Positions 1 to 9,761 are shown, numbered from the stretch's first letter. The stretch: DNA of 64,000 bases from an uncultured Acidobacteriaceae bacterium (GCA_963710585.1 CAVQAM010000003.1:32371-96370); one strand, 5' to 3'. Numbers and translations: made by a program. Notes: generated by a model from the sequence alone, not told the origin.

Positions 1-309
1 TGGGACGGCGTAACGAATCCGGTCGCGGTGAAACATCTGCGGGAAATGACACCTGGGGCGAGGCTGATCATTTACGAGACGGGGGATCGCAAGAGCGCAG
101 TCGGCGCCGCGTCGGTCGTTTCCGTCGATGCTGCCGATCCCAAGAAACCGATGGTGACGATTAAGGCCGGAAAAGCGCTTCCGCAGCCGATCTCTTTGCA
201 ACAGATCAAAGTCAACCGGCTGTTTGCCGATTCGCCTCTGGTGCGTCAAGGGAGGCTTTCCGTGGTACCGCTGACGCCGGCACAGCACAAGGCCTTGACC
301 GGCGAATAG
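1..309 (+). CDS. EVE/PUA-like domain protein, 5'-truncated by window edge
   Basis: Frame is open from nt 1 (WDGVTNPVAVKHLREMTPGARLIIYETG...), stop TAG 307-309. Resembles the C-terminal part of EVE-domain proteins; family call from memory only. Confidence 0.45.
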   Translation, partial: WDGVTNPVAVKHLREMTPGARLIIYETGDRKSAVGAASVVSVDAADPKKPMVTIKAGKALPQPISLQQIKVNRLFADSPLVRQGRLSVVPLTPAQHKALTGE

Positions 310-329
310 TGAGAGCGGGGTTTCCCCGA

Positions 330-1618
330 GGTGACGTAACGTTGATTGTGTAAAAAGCGAGAGGGTGTAAGTTGGCTTTGGCCTAGCAAGCTAAAGCCAC
401 CCTAGAAAAGGAGACTTACACCCATGGCGAAGGTAACACCGATCAGCGAGCACTTCCAACACTTCCTGGCGGAGATGAAGGAGACATTCTGGGGCGATCT
501 GTATGGCCAGACCAAGCTGGCGTGGCAGCGCTTCTTCGAGCTGCAGTCGGAGCGGCAGCGGGACCGCTTTTCCGGCGCGCAGTGGTACGAACGGCGGCCG
601 GGCCAGCGCCGGGTCTATCGCAATGGCTACTACGAGCGGGATTTCGTGACCCGCTTGGGGACCCTTCGGCTGCGCATCGCGCGCACCCGGGAGAAGAGTT
701 TTCTGCCCGCGGGCTTGGAGCGGTTTCAGCGGCGGGCCGAAGAAGTCTCGATGCTGATCCGCGAAGCCTTTCTGCGCGGCATCTCGACCCGGCAGGTGGG
801 ACGGGTAGTGGCCACCCTGACCGGCGAAGTGGTGAGCGCGCAGACGGTGTCGAAGCTGACCCGCGATCTGGACGAGGCGGTGCGCCAGTTTCACCAGGCC
901 AGGCTGAGCGACGAGTACGTGTATTTGTTTCTGGACGGGGTGAGCTTGCGGGTGCGGCGTCCGGGGGGACGCAAACGGGTACAGATGTTGGTGGCCTATG
1001 GGGTGCGGCGTGACGGCACTCGTCATTTGCTGGCCTTTCTGCGCAGTCAGGGAGAAAGTCAGGCGGACTGGGAGGGGCTGCTGCAGGATCTGTACCGCCG
1101 CGGGCTGGAAGGCAAACACTTGGCCCTGATCATCACCGATGGTTGTGCCGGTTTGGCGGCGGCGATTCCGACGGTATATCCCCGAGCACGGCATCAGCGT
1201 TGCTGGGTGCACAAGATGCGCAATATTCTGCAGAAAGTACGCAAGGCAGACTACGAGGAAGTGAAGGCCGGGGCGCAGGCCATTTACCTGGCCCCCGGCC
1301 GGGGGCAAGCCGAAGCCGCCTTGCGTCGCTTCCGCGCCCGCTGGCGGCGAGACTACCCCAGCATGGTGCGGCGCCTGGAACGCGATCTGCCCGAGTTGCT
1401 GGCCTTCTTCGCCTTTCCCCGCCACCTGTGGCGCAAGCTGAGGACAACCAATGTGATCGAGCGCTGCTTCGTAGAAGTCCGGCGGCGCACCCGGCCGATG
1501 GTGTGCTTTGTGAATGTCGAGAGCGTGGACCGCATCATCTACTCCATCTTCCAGAGATTCAACCTGGAATGGAAAACCCGCACCCTCTCCGTATTTACAC
1601 AAGCAGCTTGACATCACC
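330..1618 (+). mobile_element. IS256-family insertion sequence, copy 1
   Basis: About 1.29 kb and identical, in everything compared including all ORF translations, to 50833-52121. Imperfect terminal inverted repeats GGTGACGTAACGTTGATTGTGTAAA (left) and GGTGATGTCAAGCTGCTTGTGTAAA (right, reverse complement). Perfect 8-bp direct repeat TTCCCCGA at 322-329 and 1619-1626. Confidence 0.9.
424..1611 (+). CDS. IS256-family (Mutator-type) DDE transposase
   Basis: 395-aa ORF with the typical IS256 transposase layout (...LFLDGVSLRVR...LIITDGCAGLAAAI...RCWVHKMRNIL...TTNVIERCF...), ATG preceded by AAAGGAGA. Confidence 0.9.
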   Translation: MAKVTPISEHFQHFLAEMKETFWGDLYGQTKLAWQRFFELQSERQRDRFSGAQWYERRPGQRRVYRNGYYERDFVTRLGTLRLRIARTREKSFLPAGLERFQRRAEEVSMLIREAFLRGISTRQVGRVVATLTGEVVSAQTVSKLTRDLDEAVRQFHQARLSDEYVYLFLDGVSLRVRRPGGRKRVQMLVAYGVRRDGTRHLLAFLRSQGESQADWEGLLQDLYRRGLEGKHLALIITDGCAGLAAAIPTVYPRARHQRCWVHKMRNILQKVRKADYEEVKAGAQAIYLAPGRGQAEAALRRFRARWRRDYPSMVRRLERDLPELLAFFAFPRHLWRKLRTTNVIERCFVEVRRRTRPMVCFVNVESVDRIIYSIFQRFNLEWKTRTLSVFTQAA

Positions 1619-1796
1619 TTCCCCGATGCCGAATTGACATCTGCCTGCCTGGTGAAGCAGAATTCTGGCACTCAGTTTCCCGAGTTTGACCGCTTGTGGG
1701 GTTCCCAAGAGAGGTTTAACCTCGATATCTGCGCCTGTTGGTACGGGCGCCGCTGATCACTGTCGCCAATTGCGACTCTTTAGAAAGAGGTCTGTC

Positions 1797-3236
1797 TTGA
1801 CAAAGAAGCTGCTCCTTACCGCAATCACATTCTTGTCCGCCGTCGGCTGCATCGCACAGGCGCAGACGTTAACGCAGCTCACTCACCAGCCTCCGGACGG
1901 GGCCGGGATCGGCTTTTTGCTGACCGACGGAACGGTGATGTTTCAAGGCGGCAATGGGAACGATTGGTGGAAGCTGACACCCGATATCAACGGAAGCTAC
2001 GTCCACGGCACCTGGAGCCAACTCGCCAGCCTGCCCAGTAATTACGATCCCCTTTACTTCGCTTCGGCAGTCTTATCCGATGGCCGGCTCTTGATTGAGG
2101 GCGGCGAGTACAACTTTGGCAGTTTCACACTCACCAATCTGGGCGCAATTTACGACCCCAGGGCCAACACCTGGACCCCGCTGAATCCGCCTACGGGCTG
2201 GGACTATATCGGAGACTCGCCGTCAGTGGTGTTGCCCAATGGCCATTTTCTTATCGGCCGGAAATTGGATATGCAGATGGCGGAGCTGGATCCGGCCACG
2301 ATGCAGTGGACGGCAATGGGATTCAGCGGCAAGAGCGATTTTAATGCCGAAGAAGGCTGGACCCTTATGCCTGGCGGCACCGTTCTGACCGCGGATGTCT
2401 TGACCAATCCCAACTCGGAAAGATACATCCCTTCCATGCAGTAGTGGATCTCGGATGGCAGCACGGTTGCGAATCTTCAGGGGCCGCCAGAAGAGGGTTG
2501 TATCCCGTACCCAGGAGGTCAATACTGTCCTCCGGGAGAAATCGGCCCCGCCGTTTTACGGCCAGACGGCACCGTGTTCGCAACGGGAGCGAGGCATCTG
2601 GGTGCCTCTACCGGACACACGGCGGTGTATCATCCGGGAGCCAGCCCCACCGATCCCGGTACCTGGGTTGCCGGCCCGGACTTCCCCAATAACGATGACG
2701 CCGACGATAATTTTGCCGCGCTGCTGACCAATGGCAAGGTGCTGGTGGAGGGTAACTCAGGCAGGTTTTACGAGTTCGACGGGACCAATCTGACCCCCAC
2801 CCTGTTCAGTAATGGGGGCAGTTTATTGGTGCTGCCTACGGGCGAGGTGATCGTCGGGGGCTCGGAGGTCTATACCGCCTCGGGAAGCTACATTCAACCG
2901 TGGACACCCTCCATCTCCATTTATCCATCTACGGTTGTGCGCGGTCAGAGCTATATCATTTTTGGCAGACAATTCAACGGCTGGTCACAAGCGGCTGCGT
3001 TTGGGGACGAGGATGAGACCGCCACAAATTACCCCTTGGTGCGGATCAAGAATGTAGCCACCGGGCATATTTTCTACGCCAAGACCCACAACCACAACAC
3101 CATGGCAGTAGCTACCCATGCTGTCCCTACGTTCACCCACTTCGATGTACCCGCCACAATGGAGACCGGACCAAGCACTCTGGTAGTAGTGGCGAACGGT
3201 ATCGCCTCGAACCCGGTTAATATAACGGTAAATTAA
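1797..3236 (+). pseudogene. Secreted Kelch/galactose-oxidase-like beta-propeller protein interrupted by one in-frame TAG (2442-2444)
   Basis: ORFs 1686-2444 and 2574-3236 are in the same frame and separated only by TAG. The blade-like motif recurs on both sides (LLTDGTVMFQGG, VLSDGRLLIEGG, VLRPDGTVFATGA, LLTNGKVLVEG, LVLPTGEVIVGG). Likely start is TTG 1797 after AGAAAGAGG, giving signal peptide MTKKLLLTAITFLSAVGCIAQAQ. Confidence 0.6.
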
Positions 3237-3272
3237 TCTAAAGCCCGCTCGGGATGACAAAAAAGAAGAGGT

Positions 3273-3306
3273 CAGCGGCGCACCTAAAGGTGCGCCCCTT
3301 CAAAAC
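3273..3306. terminator. Palindromic GGCGCACC-N4-GGTGCGCC hairpin between convergent genes (bidirectional terminator / REP-like)
   Basis: 8-bp perfect stem 3277-3284/3289-3296 flanked by A/T runs, lying between the Kelch-like gene end (3236) and the holA end (3467). A near-identical element in opposite orientation is at 56224-56256. Confidence 0.55.
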
Positions 3307-3466
3307 ACCGGCTCACAACGACTCTTCCGCAGTATTGGCGGCCATGTTGGCATTTGCTCTAGCTTTTGGAAAAGCTATCGAGCGTCGACAAGTTCGCCGA
3401 GTCATCGAACTCGATTGCGAAACGATCGCGCAGGCATCGCCACACTCCGTCGGCGGTGCAGCCTGC

Positions 3467-4591
3467 CTACACCGGCAGCTCGCCTTGCAGCCAGCCGGCC
3501 TCCGGCAGCTTCGGTTCAGCGGTCAGGTCAAGAACCAGGTTCTCCAGGATCAGCCGCTTGCTGGGAGGATTGGAACGCAAGGCCAAGTCGGCGCGCGCCA
3601 CCCGGCGAATGGCCCTGGTCAGTTCGCGACGCGACTTGTAGCGCCGCGCCTGCCGGATAATGTCTTCCGCGGCGAACGGCGGTAGGCGGAAGCCCTGCCA
3701 AAGCACTTGCCACAAGGCGCGCGAGTCGCGCACATTCCGCTCCAGGATGACCAGCATCTGGCGGAAGGTGCGCGCCAGCATGTAGAGATGGCCGATGGCC
3801 GCTTCGTCGCCGTCGCCAGTGCTCAGGATGGCGTCGAGCACCCCCAGGGCCCGGGCGCGGTCGCGCGCCGAGATGGCGTCGGTCAATTCGTAGAACGACC
3901 GTTGCTTGGCGGCGAGCACCAGGGTCTCGACATCGCCCAGCGTGATCCGTTTCTTGTCGCCGACGAAGAGAATGAGCTTCTCCAGTTCGTTGGCGACCAT
4001 CATCATGTCGCCTCCCAGCGAGTCCACCAACTCGCGCGCGGCATCGTTGTCCAGCTTCACGTCCTCGGCGCTGGCGGTCTCCATCGCCCATTTCACCGCG
4101 TCGCCTTCGTCCACGCGGGCGAACTCCAGTAGCTTGCAATATTCGCCCAGGGTTTCGCGGATGCGCTCGTAGCGGTCCTTGTCGGTGAGGTCCATGCGGC
4201 GCACGTCGGTGGGAATGTTGATGTGGTCGGCCACGAAGATGAGCAGCGCATCCGGGTTGGGGTCTTTGAAGTAATCCTCGATGGCGCCAAATTCGTCGTC
4301 GTGTTTGCCGCGCCCGTAAAGGTTCTTGACACCGCGAATGAAGAAAACCTGGAAGGGCGACATCAGAGAAGGAGTGCGCGCTTGGTCGAGAATGTGCGGC
4401 AGTTCCACCTCGCTCAGGTCCATGTCGTAGACGCTGAGTTCCCGCACCTCCGCCGGCACCAGGTGTTGCAGGATGGCTTCACGGCACCGCTTGCGGAAAA
4501 AAGCCTCATCGCCGATGAAGACATACCCCGGCGCCATTTTGCGCGCCTTAACGTCGGCGACGAAGCGGTCGGAAGCGGCGAAACTGCGCAC
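3467..4591 (-). CDS. holA: DNA polymerase III subunit delta
   Basis: 374-aa ORF with typical delta-subunit N-terminus (YVFIGDEAFF...) and length. Sits in the conserved lptE-holA arrangement. Confidence 0.8.
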   Translation of the reverse strand: MRSFAASDRFVADVKARKMAPGYVFIGDEAFFRKRCREAILQHLVPAEVRELSVYDMDLSEVELPHILDQARTPSLMSPFQVFFIRGVKNLYGRGKHDDEFGAIEDYFKDPNPDALLIFVADHINIPTDVRRMDLTDKDRYERIRETLGEYCKLLEFARVDEGDAVKWAMETASAEDVKLDNDAARELVDSLGGDMMMVANELEKLILFVGDKKRITLGDVETLVLAAKQRSFYELTDAISARDRARALGVLDAILSTGDGDEAAIGHLYMLARTFRQMLVILERNVRDSRALWQVLWQGFRLPPFAAEDIIRQARRYKSRRELTRAIRRVARADLALRSNPPSKRLILENLVLDLTAEPKLPEAGWLQGELPV

Positions 4592-5137
4592 TTAGTAAGC
4601 CTCCAGGATGTCGCTGACCAGCGACTTGGCAAAACTGCTCGCAATGCGGCGCAAGGCCGGCTCTTCTTCCTCGAAAAAACTGGGAGCATCCCGCGAAACC
4701 TGGTACTGCTCGCGATAAACATAATTGGGATTCTCCCAAAGTACCTTGCCCTTGCTGGTGACCAGCGACGCCTTCATCGTGACCGACACCATGCCCGAGG
4801 AGATGCGCCCCGTGGCAGGATCGTAAGTCATTGGACTTATGGTGGCGGCGGTGACGGTTCCGTTCAGGGTGGCATCGGCGGCGCCATCCGCATTGGTGGT
4901 CACAACGCGGTAGTGGGTCCGGTCGTGTAATTCGCGAATGACGTCTTCCGTGATGGTTTGTTCGATGCGGTAGATTGACGTCCCGTTAACGAAGGTCGGC
5001 ACATACAGGGTGTGAAGGTCGGTAGGCAAGCGGACCGCCTGGCCACCGGGGTGGTAACCGCAACCCGCGGTGGCGAGCAACAGCAGCACAGCGATGGCGG
5101 CAAGCATTTTTCGGCGCGCGAGTTGCGATGTGGTCAC
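4592..5137 (-). CDS. lptE: LPS-assembly lipoprotein LptE-like
   Basis: Lipobox LLLATAGC after a basic n-region (RRK). Located immediately upstream of holA. Start chosen at GTG 5137 (GTGA overlap with the upstream stop); ATG 5107 is an alternative. Confidence 0.5.
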   Translation of the reverse strand: MTTSQLARRKMLAAIAVLLLLATAGCGYHPGGQAVRLPTDLHTLYVPTFVNGTSIYRIEQTITEDVIRELHDRTHYRVVTTNADGAADATLNGTVTAATISPMTYDPATGRISSGMVSVTMKASLVTSKGKVLWENPNYVYREQYQVSRDAPSFFEEEEPALRRIASSFAKSLVSDILEAY

Positions 5138-6153
5138 TGGACGGTCCCTCGCGGACGGGCGGCGATCATGCTCTCGGCGCATTCCACCGCCGTCAGGGCC
5201 GCGATCCGCAGATTGTCCGATGCGGCCCATAGCCAGAAGCCGTTAGGCTGTTGCGAATCGCGACGCACAAACACCTGGATTTGCTCCTGTCCCGCGGCAT
5301 TGACGTTGCTCGGCGACTCATCCGCACTTTGCAGCAGGTCAACGTGCTCGCCGGAAAGCGCCGCCGTCAACTCTTCCGTCTGCACCGCTTGCTCCGACTC
5401 AAGATAAAGCGAGAAGGCATGGCCGTGAAAGATGGGCGCTTGCAGAAGCATCAACGAAGGCACGGCCAACCGCTCGCCCACCAGTCTATGGAAGTGCTGC
5501 TGAATACGACTCTCGACGGAATTCAGCGAGGATAGCGCCTTTTCGCCGTAACGATCAATCAGATTGAAGGCCACTTGCGCGTCGAACGCGGACTTTGGCA
5601 ACTGCTGGAAGGAGAGCAGGTTCACGGTTTGCTCGTGCAATTCGTCCATGCCACGCTTGCCGTACTCCGAAGCGGGCTGAAAGGCGGTAGCGACGGCGCG
5701 CGCGATGCTGCCCACCTTCTGCGCGCGCAGCATCAACAGCGCCAGCACCACGGCGGCGGGATGAGCGATGGCCACCGGCACCGGGGTAAAGTCCACGCGC
5801 GGACCCAGGCCCAGTTCGCGCTCCACCCAGGGCGCGCGCAGCAGGACACCCTTCTCGTTCTCCAGTCCATAGGACAGGTCGATGATGTCGCTACCCGCCT
5901 TGCGCGCCATCGGCCACGTATTACGGGTGAAGGTTTCATCCGCGGCGAAGAAGGTGAAGTCCACGTTCTCCAGATGCTCAGGAAGGACGCTCTGGATGAA
6001 GGTGGGTTCTTCGCCCACGGCCTCGAGTTGGCCGAGCGACGCATCGTCATCGAGCAGGCGGGTGTCGGTCGCCGGGAAATTGCGGTCGCTGAGGACGTCC
6101 TTCAATTCCCGCCCCTTCAGGGTGCCGGCGCCTACAATCGCTACGCGAAACAT
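5134..6153 (-). CDS. Aspartate-semialdehyde dehydrogenase family (Asd/USG-1-like) protein lacking the usual active-site Cys
   Basis: N-terminal Rossmann motif VAIVGAGTLKG and Asd-like C-terminal domain (TAFQPASEYGKRGMDEL, APIFHGHAF). The position of the NCST motif reads AHPAA. Confidence 0.65.
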   Translation of the reverse strand: MFRVAIVGAGTLKGRELKDVLSDRNFPATDTRLLDDDASLGQLEAVGEEPTFIQSVLPEHLENVDFTFFAADETFTRNTWPMARKAGSDIIDLSYGLENEKGVLLRAPWVERELGLGPRVDFTPVPVAIAHPAAVVLALLMLRAQKVGSIARAVATAFQPASEYGKRGMDELHEQTVNLLSFQQLPKSAFDAQVAFNLIDRYGEKALSSLNSVESRIQQHFHRLVGERLAVPSLMLLQAPIFHGHAFSLYLESEQAVQTEELTAALSGEHVDLLQSADESPSNVNAAGQEQIQVFVRRDSQQPNGFWLWAASDNLRIAALTAVECAESMIAARPRGTVQ

Positions 6154-6211
6154 AGCGCCTCAATGTCGTCCGCCGGGGAAAACACCAGCGGTGCGGTTTG
6201 GCTCATTTTCA

Positions 6212-7081
6212 TCAAGCGTGCGAGGCCTCGTCTTGAGGTGGAGGAGGCGGCGCGGTGGGCCGCCGGAATACGAACGAAAGCCGGGCCAGCACCCCTGACA
6301 GGATATAGACCAGCGCTAGCAGGAAGAGCACATACTGGGAAGAAAACCACATCAGGGCAATGACCGCGCCCATCACGATAAGCCAGCGGAAATTCTGGGT
6401 CTGGCGAAAGTTGATCCCCTTCAAGCTAAAGAATCGCCAGGTGCTCACCATAAGGAACGCCAGCGCAAAGACGAAGACGCCCCATCCGAGGGAAAGCCAC
6501 CAATACTGCAGCGGATTCCCTTGCACCAGATGGACGACGGCCGCGACCGCTCCGGCGCCCGCCGGAATGGGCATGCCCACGAAATACTTGCGTCCCGGGC
6601 GGCCGGGATTCGAAGGCTGGGGATTCACCTGGATGTTGAAACGGGCCAGACGGGACGCGCCGGCCAGCAGAAACACAAAGGTTGCAATGGCCCCCAACTG
6701 AATCACGCGATTGCGAATGTCGGGATCGCCGGCCAGCGGCAGCATACGGAAGCCCCACATCCACGCCAGGACCGCAGGCGCCACGCCGAATGCGATCACG
6801 TCAGCCATGGAGTCCAGTTCCCGGCCAAAAGCGCTGGTGGTGTTGGTCAGCCGGGCTATGCCGCCGTCGAAAAAATCGAACACAATGGCGAAGCCGATGG
6901 CCTTGGCGGCGTGATCGAAGTGCCACGGATCGGACGCGGTCCCCTGGATGGCTTGCGAGATGGCGTAATAGCCCGCGGCTATGTTGCCCGCCGTGAACAC
7001 GGAAGGAAGGATGTACAGTCCCTTCCGCATTCGGCGCGGCCCATGGGAATCGTCTCCCCGTAGCATCGGCTGTTCGCTCAT
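6212..7081 (-). CDS. pssA: CDP-diacylglycerol--serine O-phosphatidyltransferase
   Basis: CDP-alcohol phosphatidyltransferase motif DGGIAR-x8-G-x3-D-x3-D ([23 protein letters not shown]); multiple TM segments; overlaps psd by 4 nt. Confidence 0.85.
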   Translation of the reverse strand: MSEQPMLRGDDSHGPRRMRKGLYILPSVFTAGNIAAGYYAISQAIQGTASDPWHFDHAAKAIGFAIVFDFFDGGIARLTNTTSAFGRELDSMADVIAFGVAPAVLAWMWGFRMLPLAGDPDIRNRVIQLGAIATFVFLLAGASRLARFNIQVNPQPSNPGRPGRKYFVGMPIPAGAGAVAAVVHLVQGNPLQYWWLSLGWGVFVFALAFLMVSTWRFFSLKGINFRQTQNFRWLIVMGAVIALMWFSSQYVLFLLALVYILSGVLARLSFVFRRPTAPPPPPQDEASHA

Positions 7082-7737
7082 CGCACCTCCGCCACACTCT
7101 GATAGGAAGGCTGGACAGCGCGACGCTGCGCCACCGCCAGAACACTGGAGCCGCCCTTCACGTGGTTGCCCACCCGCACTTGCATCTCTGCTTCAGCCGC
7201 GAAGATCACGTCGGTGCGGGAGCCGAATTTGATCAACCCCACCCGCTCGCCGCGCGCCACATGATCGCCAATCTTCTTGGTGAAAACAATCCGGCGGGCC
7301 AGCAGACCGGCAATCTGCTTAAACACCACGGTACCCGCATCCCCCTGGACGGTGACGACGTTCTGCTCGTTCGCTTCGGCCGAAATGGCTCCCATGGCGT
7401 TGCCGAACTTTCCTTTGCGGTACTTCACGTCGGTAATGACACCAGCGACCGGGGAGCGATTGACATGCACGTTGAATACATTCAGGAAAATGCTGATCCG
7501 GGTCCGCGGCTCGCCATTTTCCTCGATCGTGGAAATCTCCGTCACCTTGCCGTCGGCGGGCGAAACGATGGCGCCTTCGGTTGTGGGAATGTCGCGCTCG
7601 GGATCGCGGAAGAACCACAGGAAAAATGCGGCCAGCAGCAACGGAACGACCGCCAGAACGGGCAGGGAGGTCAACCATCCCACCAGCACTGCCACTGCGA
7701 TGAAAGCCAGCCCGTAATAGATGCCGTCGCGAACCAT
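7078..7737 (-). CDS. psd: Phosphatidylserine decarboxylase proenzyme (short type)
   Basis: 219 aa with an N-terminal TM region and the FGSRT self-cleavage motif near the C-terminus; forms an operon with pssA. Confidence 0.8.
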   Translation of the reverse strand: MVRDGIYYGLAFIAVAVLVGWLTSLPVLAVVPLLLAAFFLWFFRDPERDIPTTEGAIVSPADGKVTEISTIEENGEPRTRISIFLNVFNVHVNRSPVAGVITDVKYRKGKFGNAMGAISAEANEQNVVTVQGDAGTVVFKQIAGLLARRIVFTKKIGDHVARGERVGLIKFGSRTDVIFAAEAEMQVRVGNHVKGGSSVLAVAQRRAVQPSYQSVAEVR

Positions 7738-7910
7738 GGGTCGTTTAGATTATAGAGCCTGGCCGTATATCGCGCAGTGTGCGGTGAAACACGCAGCAGG
7801 GAAAAATCGAAGGACCTAGAGGTAGTGCGAAGCTTCGCGCAGAGGATACAAGTAGGGCGGAGCGACAAAGAATCCGGTCTTTACCGCCGCGAGGAAGGGC
7901 TTGATGCTGA

Positions 7911-8138
7911 CTAAACGACCTGGTGGCCGGTCCGGAACTTCTGTTCCAGACTCTCCATCTGGTCTTTCAGGCGGAGCTTCAGCTTCTTGAGTCGCACTTC
8001 CTCGAGCTTTTCATCTTCAGAAAGATATTTTTTCTGGATCAAATTATCGAGGCGCTGCGAATATTGCGAGTGCTCATCCACCAAGCGGCGGAATTCATCG
8101 TTGCTGGCAAGAAGCTGATCGCGTACCTGAGTTGCCAT
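7911..8138 (-). CDS. DUF465 (YdcH-like) small coiled-coil protein
   Basis: 75 aa, with a pattern (DEHSQYSQRLDNL...YLSEDEKLEEVRLKKLKLRLKD) typical of the DUF465 family. Confidence 0.55.
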   Translation of the reverse strand: MATQVRDQLLASNDEFRRLVDEHSQYSQRLDNLIQKKYLSEDEKLEEVRLKKLKLRLKDQMESLEQKFRTGHQVV

Positions 8139-8186
8139 TCAGTGAACCTCCGGAGAGATGCAAAATGCAAACGCTAGCATAGGGGG

Positions 8187-8672
8187 CTATTCGCCTTCAA
8201 GATCAAATTGTCGCAGATTTGTCATAGAAAAACACAATAACAATGCGTCTTCCTCGGGCCCCTGGTAATAGTTGCTCCGTCGTCCCTGCTGGCTAAACCC
8301 AAGCTTTTCATAGAGTCGGCGCGCCGCCAGGTTCGATTCCCGCACCTCCAATAGCACGGAAGTGGCTCCTGCGGACTGGGCTTGCAACAGCAGCTCCCGA
8401 ATTATTTTGATACCGAGACCGCGATTGCGTTTTTCCGGAGTCACAACCACATTTTCAATTTCCCATTCGGCGGTGGCGCAACGCGCGATGACGAAGCCGA
8501 TCACGCGCCCGGCGTCTGCCTCGGAGGTTGCGACGAGCGTGATTCGCGGTGGAGCTTCCGCGGCAAACAACGCGTCGTATTCGCGCTCTGCCCAGTGTGC
8601 CGCGGTCTCGGTCTGGCGCTCGAGCGCGCGGATGGAAGGCACATCGTCAGGAGTAGCCGGACGGATCAGCAC
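8187..8672 (-). CDS. rimI: GNAT acetyltransferase, ribosomal-protein-alanine N-acetyltransferase-like
   Basis: GNAT motif A (VVVTPEKRNRGLGIKIIRELL); immediately downstream of and overlapping tsaB, the conserved tsaB-rimI context. Confidence 0.7.
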   Translation of the reverse strand: MLIRPATPDDVPSIRALERQTETAAHWAEREYDALFAAEAPPRITLVATSEADAGRVIGFVIARCATAEWEIENVVVTPEKRNRGLGIKIIRELLLQAQSAGATSVLLEVRESNLAARRLYEKLGFSQQGRRSNYYQGPEEDALLLCFSMTNLRQFDLEGE

Positions 8673-9352
8673 TGCGTCTTCTTCGCCGAGAATATCTCCG
8701 CATCGGACCGGCGGATGTAATTGACGTCGATGGTGGCGGGATCGGCGGTCTCTCCCGCCACGAGTTTGCGAAGGCCGATGCGGCCAATCTCGCCGGCATC
8801 GACCGGCGCGACCAAAATGACGTTGCGGTCCGCTGCTTGCAAGGCTTCGGCAACTTTCTCGTCCGCCGTGAGAAGATCACCGCTGCCAGCCGGAGGTTGA
8901 GCGGCAAATTCGTCCAGCTTGGCAATGTACTCGCGAGCCAGAGTTGCGCGGCCGGAATCAAGCCGGTATTCGCCGACGTAGATCTCACCCCGGCCGGCGT
9001 CTAACAGCGCGACCGCGCTTTCGCCCTCCCGTCCATGCGTGAGCACCATGGCTTCCAGCATGGAGACCGTCGCCAGCGGTTTGCGCAGCACTTCGCAAAG
9101 CCCTTTCACCGTGGATAGCCCAACCCGCAAGCCGGTAAACGAGCCGGGGCCTGAGACGACGACAAAACCATCGACTTCCGTTTTGTTGAGATTGTTCTGC
9201 CGCAGCGTTTCCGCGATTCGCGGCAGCAATTGCGCCGAGTAAGTGCCGCCCTCGAGCCAAGTCAGTTGCAGAACTTCGAAACTATCGTCGTCGCCACGGC
9301 AAAGCGCGATGCTTCCCTTGCGGCCCGACGTATCGACCGAGACGATCAGCAT
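8666..9352 (-). CDS. tsaB: tRNA t6A37 biosynthesis protein TsaB (YeaZ)
   Basis: N-terminus MLIVSVDTSGRKGSIAL and the SGPGSFTGLRVG motif. Start set at ATG 9352, 1 nt after the mce stop; the longer track ORF overlaps mce. Confidence 0.8.
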   Translation of the reverse strand: MLIVSVDTSGRKGSIALCRGDDDSFEVLQLTWLEGGTYSAQLLPRIAETLRQNNLNKTEVDGFVVVSGPGSFTGLRVGLSTVKGLCEVLRKPLATVSMLEAMVLTHGREGESAVALLDAGRGEIYVGEYRLDSGRATLAREYIAKLDEFAAQPPAGSGDLLTADEKVAEALQAADRNVILVAPVDAGEIGRIGLRKLVAGETADPATIDVNYIRRSDAEIFSAKKTQC

Positions 9353-9353
9353 T

Positions 9354-9761
9354 TCAGCCGCCCAGGGGAGCGTCTTCCACCAGCTCCAGCAGCACGCCTC
9401 CCGCGCTGGAAGGGTGAACGAAAACGTAGGGATGTCCGCCCGCGCCAATCTTGATCTCGTCCGAGACCAGGCGCGTTCCCGATGCTTTCAGCCGCTCGAC
9501 CGTGCCGGCCAGATCGCTGATGTGCAGCGCGACATGGTGCAGGCCCTCGCCGCGTTTGGCGAGAAACTTTCCGATGGGCGAGTCGGGCGAAGTCGGCTCC
9601 AGCAACTCCAGGCGGCTTTCGCCAATCGGCACCATGGCCAGCCGCACCTTCTCCGCTTCCACCGTTTCTTCCGGCATCACTTGCAGCCCGAGCTTTTCGT
9701 AGAACTTCCTGGCCTCCGCCAGCGACTTCACCGCAATGCCGAGATGATCAATGTGATTCAT
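9354..9761 (-). CDS. mce: Methylmalonyl-CoA epimerase (VOC/glyoxalase fold)
   Basis: 135 aa (HLGIAV...EPTSPDSPIGKFLAKRGEGLHHVAL...); adjacent to meaB. Confidence 0.8.
   Translation of the reverse strand: MNHIDHLGIAVKSLAEARKFYEKLGLQVMPEETVEAEKVRLAMVPIGESRLELLEPTSPDSPIGKFLAKRGEGLHHVALHISDLAGTVERLKASGTRLVSDEIKIGAGGHPYVFVHPSSAGGVLLELVEDAPLGG

Noticed and set aside
391-1671. 426-aa minus-strand ORF covering the whole IS256 copy (and its twin at 50894-52183)
   Set aside because: It is antisense to a well-supported transposase and has a low-complexity Gly/Pro/Ala/Gln-rich composition typical of shadow ORFs in high-GC DNA. No motifs were seen.
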